DNA of 64,000 nucleotides from Mizuhopecten yessoensis. Its lineage: Eukaryota. The DNA lies in the NCBI RefSeq assembly GCF_002113885.1, contig NW_018408629.1:2251971-2315970 (forward strand). The letters run 5' to 3'. The notes below the pieces were generated by a model, which saw only the letters and a program-made list of their open reading frames with translations, had not been told where the DNA came from and searched no databases. Shown in pieces: positions 1-12,096 of this stretch (the first letter of the stretch is position 1; the number at the start of each line of letters is the position of its first letter). The translations under genes and the position numbers were made by a program.

Positions 1-194
1 AAATCAGTTATAATTATTTATGCAAAAATTGTTTGGAGCAAAAAAAAACTGTAGTATTTGTATTTGTCCCAGTTTGTGTAGTACTCACTGACACATTTGC
101 ATTATTTGAGAGTGGGAGCATATTGTATATTGTGTATGAGAGTGGAAGATTGCTGACAATGAACATCATGCATGTTGGCTTTATTTTATTGAAC

Positions 195-291
195 TACACA
201 CAAAGTGGTGACTTCACACCCAAGTACACACAAAGTGGTGACTTCACACACAAGTACACATAAAGTGGTGACTTCACACCCAAGTACACAC
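195..291. repeat. 30-bp minisatellite, ~3 copies (intronic)
   Basis: Unit acacaaagtggtgacttcacacccaagtac. Confidence 0.9.
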
Positions 292-526
292 AATGTGTAC
301 CTCATGGTGAAAGGCGAGTTCACTATACACCGCCACACGACCACCTTAAATAAGGGTCAGCAAAAAAACAATGCAGAAGATAGGATATTTAAAATTGAGA
401 CATATTTTTGTGTTTGACCAAAGTGTCATTTTAGGTATCCTTATGTTTTTTTTTGATATCTGGATAGTTTTACAAACACACATCCTGAAACAGATGTAGT
501 TTTAGTTTGTTTTCGGATGTTTCCAG

Positions 527-767
527 GTCAGGTAGAGTTGTACACACACATTCCTGCCATGAAACAGCTGGTTGAGACGCTACAGAAATGGGATTTTCGC
601 ATCGCTGGTGTCTTCCTAATTGACTCCCAGTTCATGATTGAAGCATCTAAGTTTGTGTCCGGAGTGATGACGGCTTTGTCCACCATGGTCAATCTAGAAC
701 TGCCCCATGTCAATGTGATGACTAAACTTGACCTGCTCAGCAAGAAGGCCAAGAAGGATTTAGATAG
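527..767 (+). CDS. GPN3: GPN-loop GTPase 3, internal coding exon (upstream exons lie outside the window)
   Basis: ttccag|G acceptor and AG|gtacaa donor. Encodes [80 protein letters not shown], matching the GPN3 PGQIELYTH...DSQF...KFISG...TKxDLL region. Confidence 0.95.
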
Positions 768-1219
768 GTACAATTTCTATTTTTTTTAAAGTATTTTTCT
801 CTTTTTGCATACTAATGTAGGTTTGAAATTTAATATTTTGTACTACTGGAATGTTAATTCTGCTGAAAAAATATAAGTATCATTACCTTTATCAGTATGA
901 AATAATACAGAGTTTTATTGAGATTATCAATTAAGTTTAATATATGCTGCCTACGTTTAAGAAAGATATTAACAAGTTTCCTATGGCAGTGGAACTCTTT
1001 TGTCAAGGCGAGACTGGTACATATTGCAGTAAAGGTAGTGTACATCCTTAACTATCGCCAACAAATACACCTACTTTTCTTATGTTGTTGTTTTTTTTAT
1101 TCAAAAACTATACCTTACTGCTCTAAATATTAAAACTCATAGAATATATACTGTATAAAGTCTGTGTAAATTATAAAGTATTATCTTCAACATTCTTAAA
1201 TACAACTTTTTTATAACAG

Positions 1220-1319
1220 GTATCTGGACCCAGAATTACCAGTTCTACTTGAGGAGGAATTCGATAACTTGAAATTCAGCAACAAATTCAAGAAACTCAA
1301 CTCTGCCATAGCAACAATG
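1220..1319 (+). CDS. GPN3: GPN3 coding exon
   Basis: taacag|G acceptor, phase-compatible with the previous exon. Encodes (R)YLDPELPVLLEEEFDNLKFSNKFKKLNSAIATM; donor ATG|gtataa. Confidence 0.93.
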
Positions 1320-2349
1320 GTATAATATTTGTTCTAAATAAATCAAAGAGATTTAATTAAAAGTTCTGTATTAAGCTGAAGCTCTCTCCTAATTTTTTTT
1401 ATTAGAAAACATTAACTTACAGGGATTAAGTTAGCCACCTTTCTTTTAGAATTTCATTTCAAGCAGGTTGGAGGAAAACATTTCTGTATTCCACTGCATG
1501 ATTGTAAGAGGTGACTAATTTGGGACCCTTATGCATCAGAGGTTCTTCTATGTGACACTGTTCTCCCCAAAATGTTTTGAAAGAAGCCTGGTATTTCAAT
1601 ATTTCTGTTAAAGCAGCACTCTATGTAAAATCAAAGCAGCATGGTAACTTTAGATTTACTATGAATATATAGCAGAGCAGATCTAGGGTAGCAGCATGGC
1701 AAGGAATTATAGGAGCATGGTGCCATGCTGCAAAAACAGCCTGGGGAGAACGCTATGTGATACAAAGGATACCAAAATTGAACTGCTGCCCCTATTGCAT
1801 CAACTTGGACCACTATATTTTTCTTTCTCTCTCGTCTGTTATTTCCTTTCCTGGTGTCTCCGTATAGACACCTCTGTCTATGATTTGTCCAGATTGAATG
1901 CCATTCTCAGCTGTCCATCTTATGATATTTTAGTGAGATTGCACTATCAAATTTATAGAATGCCTCCATTATCTGTGGATATCATCACCACATGACCTTA
2001 GTTTATACAAAAGTTCCTTAAAGTATTTTGTTTCTCACATAAATTTTCGAGTCATTTGATTTAATGTAATAAGTGATATGAAGGTTTTCACTACCTGAAA
2101 CAAAGAACAAAAAGTAGATGAATTTATTACATGCAAACTATGCTTTGGGAATCTGGGAATCGTAACTCATGGTCCAATGGATTTTTTTTATTTGGAAATT
2201 TTAGATAATCGGATGCTCAGATAATCTTAAATTTCAAAATCATAAAAAAGTTCATCAAACCTTGAGCTGCAACTGCATGCAAACGAAGTTCATGTTATTT
2301 TCATTAAAAGTTCAGTTAATAAAACATTCAGTATACCATTCTTTGATAG

Positions 2350-2478
2350 ATTGAGGACTATAGTTTGGTGAAGTTTCTTCCCTTGGATCAGACAGATGAG
2401 GAGAGCATCAATGATGTCCTGTTACAGATTGATAGTGCTATACAGTATGGAGAGGATCTGGAGCCCAGAGAAATGAAG
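2350..2478 (+). CDS. GPN3: GPN3 coding exon
   Basis: ttgatag| acceptor. Encodes [43 protein letters not shown] (GPN3 IDDYSMVRF...IQYGEDLE motif); donor AAG|gtaggt. Confidence 0.95.
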
Positions 2479-2589
2479 GTAGGTACCGGGTGCTACAATA
2501 TTTTTGCTCAGAGTTTTGGCCTCTAGTGTTTTAAAAATATTCCCTGTGTTGTGTTTGGCAACGATTCCTTATATATTTTATTGTCTTGG

Positions 2590-5500
2590 TAGACATGCAT
2601 ATCATAGGGAGATATTCCGATTCGTGAACCTGAAGGGAGCATATATGCTCTAAGGATGAGCCTTATATTGGAAAGGAAACAAGTAATGTTACACTGGGAA
2701 TGAGGAAAATGTTAGAAAGGAAACAAGTAAAGTTACAATGGTAATGAAGAAAATGTTAGAAAGTCGTTTTCGCAAGAGATGGTAATATAAGTCGAAATGG
2801 ACAATGCATTGGTTTAGACATCGGGTCAGTATACATATAAATTTTTCGAGGGATTCCTTAAGGATTTTGTCCTTCCCAACTTTCATTGTCAATTTATTAC
2901 GCTAGCCATACTTGGAGTTTCTATCCACCCAGTCGAGGGGCAGTGCAGACCCCATAAGGACTTACACAATCATAAGAATGTCAGTGTTTGTATTCTAAAC
3001 AGACTTTGACTCGAGATAACTTTCTACCGAGGAGGAGAAGGAGAAAGATGATTATTTTGATTTTCATTTGAAGCTGAATTCTATCACAGATCTCTTATTA
3101 TTCAAGCCAATTCAACAAGGCAAGATATGGACAGCTGTTCTCGGGTGTCCTAGGGAGGCTCATCCTCTGTGCTTGCTATGACTCCTTGTCGGGCATAATT
3201 TTGACCCTATCAATGTTTTTTGGTCAATTAGATGAGAATGGAGTTTAACAAGCGGTCTTTGAGGGATTCAACTTGAGACCACAAAATTCGTGGATGTCAT
3301 CCAAGGCATGCTTGTTCCAGTCTACTCAGCTGTAAATGAGTATGTGGTTGGGCAGTGCTAGAATTGTAGAATGCTAGCTGTGAGCGCCGAAATGGCAGCA
3401 ACGGCTGTATGCTCCCCGGGGAGTTGAGAAAGATATTAGCTGGTTGCAAAGGCCCTATAACCACGGATAATAATTTGTTAACCGCTTTGAGACGACCTTT
3501 GAACTAGGTTGTAATAAAGCGGTATATAAGAACCTCAAATAATTATTATTATAATTTTTATTGACTGTCAAAGCTAAGTCAGGAAAGTTTTTTGACCTTC
3601 TTAATATGCTCTAAAACAACAAGAACGACACTGGGTTGATGACCACACAATTAAGCGCAACCCAATAAAATGACAAGCTTCAGAGTTAATGAGTGATTGA
3701 GAGTCGTCCATATACCAATTGTAATAGTGTTCCTTGAGGACCGAATTTGAAGGGTTGAGTCAGAATTTCATTTTTTGCAAGGTGGTAAAAAGACAAAGTG
3801 TGTCTTATTCCCGTCACTTGAACTCGCAGGACTTTTGTTGTGACACATGTTAAAGATCTCCAGGTAGGAGCTAGTATGCAGATGTTTCATGAAATGTGGA
3901 GGAGTGGTTACCTTCAACGAGAGGGCTGAGCAAACTGTTCATGAAGGACTTCACAAAGACATAGGGAGTCTATAGAATATGTTCAAGAGGCCGATATAAG
4001 TTCCTGTTTTACAGTTCGTTTCTGTTGTTCAAAAGTTCAAACAGAAAGTTCCCGCCACTCTTCAATATCAGGTTCTTAAATCAGTATGTTGACAGTCTAT
4101 TTGATATATAGCTTCCCTGATAAACAGGACACTTACCTTCATGTCCAATTACAGACAAAAATAGCCGGTTTCCTAGGTTTTGCATAGAAGGAACACCTCA
4201 GTCTAGAGCAATGCCTTTCATCCTTAGTTTTTTGTCTTATAATATCCCAAAACTGATCAGGGTAGTAGCGGCTTTTCTGAAAAGATACCGTCATCACTTT
4301 AACAAAATATAGAATTATAGAAGACTGTCTGATGAAAACAAATGATCACGAAACAGCTGCCGATTCAATTTATCAGACGATGTCTCGGACAGACACTGGG
4401 GTTGATTGTCAACAGGGACAATCAGTGTTGTATTCTGCACTAACCATAACCCATTTTGAAGCGGCAGGATAGGTTTGCAAAACCAACATAGGACAAACTC
4501 GACACAATCGAATTATAAGCAACCTATTTACAGATAACGGACTCATTCCAGATTATACAGTGTTGCGCCGGGATCTCATTGGTCGTCTGCAAGTGTGCGT
4601 GGCCTATTCAGCCATTAGCGTTGTAGTGACTTACAACTCGAGCAGTCCAAGTTACTTTTCCATTGAGTGCGGGACCCATTTACCTCAGATTTGAAAAGAG
4701 GCATGACCCTGAATCTGTCACCAATGGAAGTTACCCTTTAAACGAATGCCTCAGTTTTGGGCTGGTGCAAACAAAAAAATTATTCCCACTAACGTTGTTG
4801 ATACCATAAGTCATCAGAAAGGTTTTCAGTGTAGATTGTGTGGTTCTTTTAGTGTACCCACGATAGTTCTTTTGAAAGGGATTGATGCTCAATCTGAGGA
4901 GCTCGATCAAGCTCAGCTAAATTGGCTTAAAGACTTTGTTTCTTTTAGGGTTGACATTGGTAGCCAGAGAGAGGTTTTGTTTTGTTTTATATTGTTTAAT
5001 GTCCTATTAACAGCTAACTTCATTTAAGGACGTGTCTCCATGTGAGTTATGTATGTGAGAAAGTGATCAGGTGTTTGTCTATTACGAAATCTCCAGTTTC
5101 CCAAACATATCGGACATTAGAAGACATGGGAGCCCATATTATTCAAAGTTTTCATCATGCTAGAGACGAAACTGATTTGAAATTATGTCCATACAGTGTT
5201 TTTCCCAGTAAAGTATTTAATACAGTTACAATGTACATTCAGTCAGAAAGTTCCAGTTTCCGAGATTAAGTAATTAGGGTACTGGCTTGGTTTCTTTTAT
5301 TTATCTAAGGGTCTTTCTGATGGGGAAAGAAACTATTGCTAGAACAGTTGTTTAACAGTCAGTAGTTGGCAGAGGGACATTTAGACAATACTGTGTTGCA
5401 ATGATACTTCTTTTGATTTGTGTTAATTCTGGCTTACATCTTCTGTAAGTTAAAGACTTAAAAGTGATTTTTGTTTTGCCTGAACATGCAAGGGGGCTGG

Positions 5501-5800
5501 AGTAAAATAATAGTTTGTTTTAGGTATACATTCTCTGCTTGCGAAGTCTACATAGATACCCGCATAATTTTGAACCCTCCTTACCAACATCTAGTTTTCT
5601 TGTAGGAGAGCTTAGTATCAGATATTTGTCCTATTATACACTTTCCAATGACATTTTGTCAGACAATTCTTATTTGTAATAGTTCCTGCCGATATTTCTA
5701 AAGATCACTCAAGTAGGAAGGTGAAGTGACTTCATGCATAGGTAGCAGTATACAGTAGAGGGTTGTGGCCATGGGTGATATTTTTGTTAAATGGCTAACC
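2590..5800 (+). mobile_element. Degenerate DIRS-like (tyrosine-recombinase) retrotransposon relic in the last GPN3 intron; boundaries approximate
   Basis: Broken RT motifs in order: FYSSFLLFKSSNRKFPPLFNIRFLNQYV (~4008-4090), DKQDTYLHV (~4119-4145), SRFPRFCIEGTPQSRAMPFILS (~4163-4228). These resemble the DIRS GFYSRLFLVPK..RPVINL, DLKDAYLHV and QFRAMPFGLS motifs. A YSVFPSKVF segment (~5190) resembles the DIRS YAFPP region. Many stops and frameshifts. Confidence 0.7.
3320..3553 (+). mobile_element. 5'-truncated SINE with a LINE-like (ATT)n tail, inserted in the DIRS relic
   Basis: SINE-type central motif cagctgtaaatgagta...gcgccgaaatggcagc...tgtatgctccccggggagttgaga; tail cgctttgagacg...aagcggtatataagaac...attattattat. 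Confidence 0.6.
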
Positions 5801-6757
5801 CCTGTATAATGATATGTAAAAAAAATATAAAAATAAAACTGCACTAAAATTGGTATAAGCATGATGAAGTGGGCTATGTGAGCTTCACATTTGTAAAAAA
5901 GAAAGAAGATTTCTTTGGTTCGAGAATAAAATTTTGGCCATAAACAGAAAGGGTACGTACACATGAAAAGCAAGCTTTACAGGAGGTAAAATTTTGACAA
6001 CAGCACACGACGCAAAATTGCAAAAAATCAAGTTCTACAATTTTACTGCGACCCAGATAATTCTGCAACCAGGTAGGTAATCTTTAATTTCAGACAGAGC
6101 TTAGGAAAAAAATTACTAGTTGTGGGGGTCAAATTTTGGGTTAAAAATAGCAACTTTTGGCATTTTTTGGTAATTTTTGATAACCATGGTTTTCACACAA
6201 GTGACATACATAGAAAAAAGAGGTTTATACACTTCTCAGTACTTTATATGTATTGTAAATGTAATGCAGTTTACAAATATATATGCATGTATATATGTGT
6301 TGTGTAGGGTAAATCCGCTGTGTTTACATTTCCTCGACATGTGCCTTGTTTATCAGAGTCGGGCCATTTCTACTGTACACTGCTACCTTATGGCTTTTAC
6401 ATTATGTACATAAAAAAAAAGATTACAGATGATGTGAAGATATTTTTCCTCTGTCACAATAAATTGCATCCAGAAATTGGACTTTGATATAACGTTGTGC
6501 AGTTTGATGATGTTTTCTGAAGTATATATATCAATATAACTCTTTGTTAACAAGTTTTGTTTCCACAGTTAGACTGAAATAGTATATTGTGCAGATTAAG
6601 GACGTTTATTGCAGATTTTAAGAAATCAATTCTCCATAGAAAATCATTGGTTCTAGTACCTTCTTGGACTATGCTACTAGACACATTGAGATTTGTCCCT
6701 CAAATTCAAGACATTGATTTTGCAAAGACAGCCGTTACTTCTAGTAGTTGCACAACG

Positions 6758-7011
6758 GTACTGTAATAAGCAGGATAAGGCTGGTTGATGCAGAGCTAAT
6801 ATTTCTGTTCTGTAGACAACCATTAATGATGATAATAAGACTACTGTTAACCCTTTCAACACTGTAGACCATGATGGACTCATCCATATCAATGCATGGT
6901 AGAGTCTACAAAAGTTACATGGTACTGTGATAAGCAGGATAAGGCTGGTTGATGCAGAGCTAAGATTTCTGTTCTGTAGACAACCATTAATGATGATAAT
7001 AAGACTACTGT
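6758..7011. repeat. ~90-bp direct duplication flanking a truncated TTAA/CCCTT mini-transposon
   Basis: 6758-6848 is near-identical to 6921-7011. The intervening 6851-6920 matches the element at 55356-55438 but lacks its right end. Confidence 0.85.
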
Positions 7012-7087
7012 TCAGCTATATTATAAAAACCAAAACCCAATAATTGAATGCAAAGTGTTTGTGTTTGATCAATATTATCTTTCCTCT

Positions 7088-7286
7088 TTTTTATTCTGAT
7101 TTCTGACTGTTTTATTCTGATTTCTGTCTGTTTTATTCTGATTTCTGTCTGTTTTAGGATGATTTCTGTCTGTTTTAGGTTGATTTCTGTCTGTTTCATT
7201 CTGATTTCTGTCTGTTTTATTCTGATTTCTGTCTGTTTTAGGAAGATCTATCAGATGAAGATGATTCTGATTTCTGTCTGTTTTAG
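7088..7286. repeat. 21-bp tandem repeat built from the GPN3 terminal polypyrimidine tract and acceptor
   Basis: Unit ttttattctgatttctgtctg / ttttaggatgatttctgtctg, ~8 copies. Confidence 0.9.
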
Positions 7287-7340
7287 GATGATCCATCAGA
7301 TGATGATGACAACGACTTTGACAGGGGGATTGATGGCTGA
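7287..7340 (+). CDS. GPN3: Probable GPN3 terminal coding exon (acidic tail)
   Basis: tctgttttag| acceptor in phase 0. Encodes DDPSDDDDNDFDRGIDG*, an acidic C-terminus as in GPN3 orthologues; AATAAA at 7699-7704. Three further upstream acceptor copies make the exact start uncertain. Confidence 0.7.
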   Translation, partial: DDPSDDDDNDFDRGIDG

Positions 7341-7430
7341 CATTATGGACTACTGATGGATGTTTCTGATGCATGTTGTGCGAAAGCAGGATGAAGAAAA
7401 TGGATGAATCTGATGAATCTGGTGGATGGA

Positions 7431-7500
7431 ATATTCGCTGATGAGTGACATATTCGCTGATGAATGACATATTCGCTGATGAATGACATATTCGTGGATG
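7431..7500. repeat. 19-bp tandem repeat in the GPN3 3'UTR
   Basis: atattcgctgatgaatgac, ~3.5 copies. Confidence 0.85.
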
Positions 7501-7518
7501 ATGTGTGGTACATTGTGA

Positions 7519-7609
7519 GTAACTCATTTACCCCTGAAATTTCATAATGAACTATTCCAACCTTTGAATTGGGAGAGTTCAAATTTGTCTTCAGGGGTGA
7601 ATGAGTTAC
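7519..7609. mobile_element. ~90-bp MITE in the GPN3 3'UTR
   Basis: 20-bp terminal inverted repeat gtaactcatttacccctgaa / ttcaggggtgaatgagttac (1 mismatch). Confidence 0.7.
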
Positions 7610-7698
7610 ATGTAATGACATGGAGCTGTTGTTTGATCCATGTCTTTGAATGAAGTATGGATATTTTACCTGTGTTACATTTTGTATGGATCGACTGT

Positions 7699-7704
7699 AA
7701 TAAA
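7699..7704 (+). terminator. Probable GPN3 polyadenylation signal
   Basis: AATAAA ~360 nt after the stop codon, followed by T/GT-rich sequence. Confidence 0.5.
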
Positions 7705-8217
7705 ACCTAAGGAACTTTTATTGTATTTGAGGACTTGTGTATTATAATTTATCTGTTTACAAAACTTTCATCTCCAAAAATCTAAAAATATTAGATTCTT
7801 GAATTTACCCAAATTTCATCCTAAAATATTTCCAAATGAAATATATTCATTGACATTCTAATTATATTCATGTTACAAAGGAACATCTGTCATATTCATT
7901 AGACTTTAAATGACAGGGGCCCACACATATTAAACTTGCTGGTTTCAAAATGCATTTCTTATGAGCATTTCCAGATTTCCATGATATGTTTTATATACAA
8001 ACTAAAGTAACGTTTCCTGTTTTATTTATCAAACGCTTTCGTTATCCCAGTTTCCATGGAGAACCCAAGTTTCCAAAATATATTGGATACATTTCTCCAG
8101 TTTGTAGTTCATACACCTTATATCGCAGCTTTTCTTTATCGACAATTCTCTTCCCATGTCATCATACGGATGTTTTGTATCATAATTCAGTCCTCTTTAG
8201 CTATTTGTTGCGGTAAA

Positions 8218-8492
8218 TAAAACCCATAGCTGTTGTATATTTATCCCTTTTCAGTGCTAACTATAAAACCCATAGCTGTTGTATATTTATCCCCTTTCAG
8301 TGTTAAATATAAAACCCATAGCTGTTATATATTTATCCTCTTTCAGTGCTAAATATAAAACCCATAGCTGTTATATATTTATCCTCTTTCAGTGCTAACT
8401 ATAAAACCCATAGCTGTTGTATATTTATCCCCTTTCAGTGCTAAATATAAAACCCATAGCTGTTGTATATTTATCCTTTTTCAGTGCTAAAT
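8218..8492. repeat. ~46-bp minisatellite, 6 copies
   Basis: Unit taaaacccatagctgttgtatatttatcccctttcagtgctaaata. Confidence 0.92.
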
Positions 8493-8627
8493 GTTTGCAT
8501 GTCATACATGCGTAGATATATTTGTTATTTAAAGAAAAACTGTATTGTCGTCATAACATTTATTTACACAAAACTGTATATAGCACTTTAAAAAGAAGAA
8601 ATTAGGTTTGACATGAGACTTTTGTTG

Positions 8628-9256
8628 TTTTTAGGTCACCGCATTAGAAATTTCATTGATACTTCATGGGAATGTTACTGACATCTTCCTGACCAAGTGT
8701 TGTTATTTTTCGGGTCGATCAGAAATCCAATATGGCCGCCATTTTGAAAAACTATTTCAAACTTAAAGTCAATTTCTGTTGGGACGATTGAACTGAAACT
8801 TGGTAGGATTAAAGCAATGATCGACTCATGCTCCTGACAAAGTGTTGTTATTTTTCGGGTCGATCAGAAATACAATATGGCTGCCACGGCTGCCATTTTG
8901 AAAAACTATTTCAAACTAATTAAAGTCAAGTTCTACTGGGCCTATTTAACTGAAACTCGGTAGGAATGATCGACTCATGGTCCATACAAAGTGTTGTTAT
9001 TTTTCGAGTCAATCAGAAATCCAATTTGGTTGCAACGGCCGCTATTTTGAAAATAAGTATTTCAAACTTAAAATCAAGTTATAATAGGTCGATTTAACTG
9101 AAACTCGATCTAGAAATGATCAGCTCATGGTCCTGACAAACTTAAGTTAACGTTATACTTAACTATTTTTTACTCAAATTGGTACTTAATTATTTCAACA
9201 ACAAAAATAAATACTATAGGACTCGGGTGACCGTTAAGGCGCATGGGCCTCTTGTT
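8628..9256 (+). mobile_element. Non-autonomous Helentron-type element (HINE) with an internal tandem array
   Basis: T-rich 5' end with subterminal IR ggtcacc (8634) / ggtgacc (9226); 3' hairpin aggcgcatgggcct followed by cttgtt; 3-4 internal ~150-bp units (aagtgttgttatttttcgggtcgatcagaaatccaatatggccgccattttgaaaa...). This layout is typical of bivalve HINEs. Confidence 0.8.
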
Positions 9257-9519
9257 AACAAGTCCGGTCATTTTTCCAGAAAAATGTATCCAAATCAAAC
9301 GTATTCTAACAAAATGTATTCGACAATAGGTATATAGAGAAGAGTTGGAAAGGTCAAATACTACATACTAGATTTTGATTCAAATTTACCGCGCACAACA
9401 AACATTTAAAAAACCTTATCGACCCTGCTTTTTATTACTGAAAAGTTGTTTATAATTTGTATTAATTTATATAAAAGATGCACTTACAGCAGATGGAAAA
9501 TTATATCAATAGAATGCCC

Positions 9520-9700
9520 TCGTGCCAACAAAAACGTAATTAGAACTCAACAGCCGATAAACTAGCGCAAAATATGAACAAAAGAAAGATTTACATGGAG
9601 AACATTGAGAATACGACCAGGTGTGTCGGAAGAATTGCGTCCACTGCCTCGTGGATGACACCCGCCATGTAAATCTAGTTAAAACAGGAGTAATTTCACG
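9520..9700 (-). mobile_element. Penelope-like element terminal fragment (degenerate internal sequence may extend to ~11.3 kb)
   Basis: gaccaggtgtgtcggaagaattgcgtccactgcctcgtggatgacacccgccatgt resembles the conserved Penelope end common in bivalves; a related motif occurs in the opposite orientation at ~16836-16890. Confidence 0.45.
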
Positions 9701-11619
9701 TCCTTACTTCCGAGAACTCGAGTGGTGACAACAAACCACACGGCACACTAATTGGCATGATCAAAAACATCGACTTTCATATCGCACAAAGAAATAGCAT
9801 ATATTTCCAAATGAGATAAGGATGTCGACCGTAAGGAATTATCCATAATATTCATCAACCTGCATCTTTGGTTACCCATTTATAAGTTGTCATCAGCAGT
9901 CTTCACATCTGGTACGAAAATCAAGGTATTCGGAAATCATACATTGTATGAAACATTAAAATACTGTAGACGTTGTTTTACAGATAGGTCGTGATTTGAA
10001 TACAGAAACTTCTGTCATATGTATTACAGATACAGCTGGGAATAGCTATGGTATGCTTACTGCGTAATATAGCATTTGTTCATGGACATTTTGCCGTTAC
10101 GTCCAGCAGCAGAAGAAATACGTATAATATTTGCGCATGTTCTCAAAACTTCAAATGATCAAATGTGTAAAATTGTTTTAGGTGTAAATAATGGGGAAAA
10201 ATAATAAACTAAATATGATTTTAAGAATTGAGAAGGTTCTCAAGGCTCGGAGTCTTGTGCAACCATGACCATATCCGATGGACGCGAATGTGATCTCTCC
10301 GATAGCTTAGATCCTTTAAAAGTTCCTGTATGTTGTGAAAATCACAATAATGTCGTGTCATGAGGCTATTTAAAGTGGCGTTCACACGATTGCTTGCACT
10401 AATTTTTGGGTGGGATTTCGTGGACTATGTCCATTCTCTTGTCTTATGGACAAGTTGTTAGGTAACTGAATAAATACTTTATGAAATTTCACAAGTGTAA
10501 TAAGTCATCATGTTATTCTGGTAAATTGTCTCAGGAAATAAAAACAAATGCGAACAAAATCACCTAACTGTGACTCATAAAAATGTGCGTACGCCGCTAA
10601 CAAAGATAACGCACAATAAAACTGGCATTTGGCTGACCATGTCATAGTTGTAGATAAAATATAATTCTATCTTACTTAAATACGGTATCGTCTCGCCGAG
10701 AGTAATAAGTGATATATTGTTTCTGAAATTATCGCCCAAAGCACCAAGTCCGCCAGATAACTGTGCAGACAGCAGTCCATTGGAGTACCTATTTGTAAAA
10801 TATCCGATATTTTTATCCAGAGCTTCCGTTGTTCCGGAGAACAGAAGTTTCCGTGTTTTTAAGAATTTTATAACGCATATAATTTATAGCACGGCATTTC
10901 TTTATCGACTACATGTACCTGGTATTCTCATGGTATAATATCAATGTTTGTTATCCTACTAATTTATTGCTTTCTGAGCTTTTTCTTGAGATAAACGCGA
11001 ACCCATCACAGATCTTTCATAACCATTATCTGGTCATTCAATATTCCATAATTTGACTTGAAGCTTGTAATGTTCCTGTGGGATTCCATAGGTCAAAAAC
11101 CAAGCGATTCACATGCGTAGGTTTAGCTGTTCAAACATGTATTTACGTCATAGCATTACATTTTTCGCCCACTTATATATGTTTATAATAACCATTCGGT
11201 TTGACTGCTAAATGTATTGAGACTAAGTTTTAATAGATTCAACTATGAGAATGATGTCATAGCAAAAGTTCAAAAGAGCAATATCTATTTTGCATATATC
11301 AAGAGCAATATCTATTTTTAAATGATTCTTTTTCCGGCTGAGCCGTTTACGATTTTGTGCATGTATAATAAAAACTGAAAAACGTTAAATTGTTTTTACA
11401 AAGTGCGATAATGTTTTAAAAAAGACGGATTCTCAATCAATATATTTTGGACAACTTCCAGGCATAATTGAGTTTACGTGTTTAGTAGAATTATTTTTTA
11501 CCAAGTTACGGAATTTCTCTAACGGAATTGTCAGAGCTCCAATTCGTAATGTTCTATTTTCGAATAAAGTTATTATTCGTTTCGGTTTGTTTTGTTTTCG
11601 TTAAGGTTTACCTTACACG

Positions 11620-12096
11620 TGCTCCCGCAGAACAGCGGCTTGAATTCAGCAGAGCAGTCCATAGAATAATCTTCCAAACCAAATTAAGAATGATATAACA
11701 GTCTTCACGTTTAAAAAAAATCTCAAGAGTCACCTATTGTCTCTTTACTTAAATGGATAAATGAACATTATCAATTTCATGATAATAAAAAGTTTGGTAT
11801 TGAAATTCCACAGGACACTGTCAAAACCTATAATGTAAGGTTCCACATATGCTGTTAGTATATGCAAGATATTGTTGGACATACGTTACCATAGACATTA
11901 CAACACATGTAATTCTAGTCAGTTTACAGTAATCTCAGATTGTGTTTGTAGTTTGTAGTTATATCATATCATTGTTTTATATAATCTCTTTATGCATTCA
12001 TGTACTTTATGTGTTTGAGGGCCGCATGGCAGATTAGTCTTGTACTAAATGTGTAACCATCTTTAAATAAAAAAATTAAAATAAATAATAATAATA
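11620..12096 (+). mobile_element. CR1/L2-type LINE 3' fragment
   Basis: ORF2 C-terminal relic (W)NNLPNQIKN..FTFKKNLKSHL at ~11660-11737, then a 3'UTR, terminal stem-like gagggccgcatggcagattagtc and an (AAT)n tail. Confidence 0.65.
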
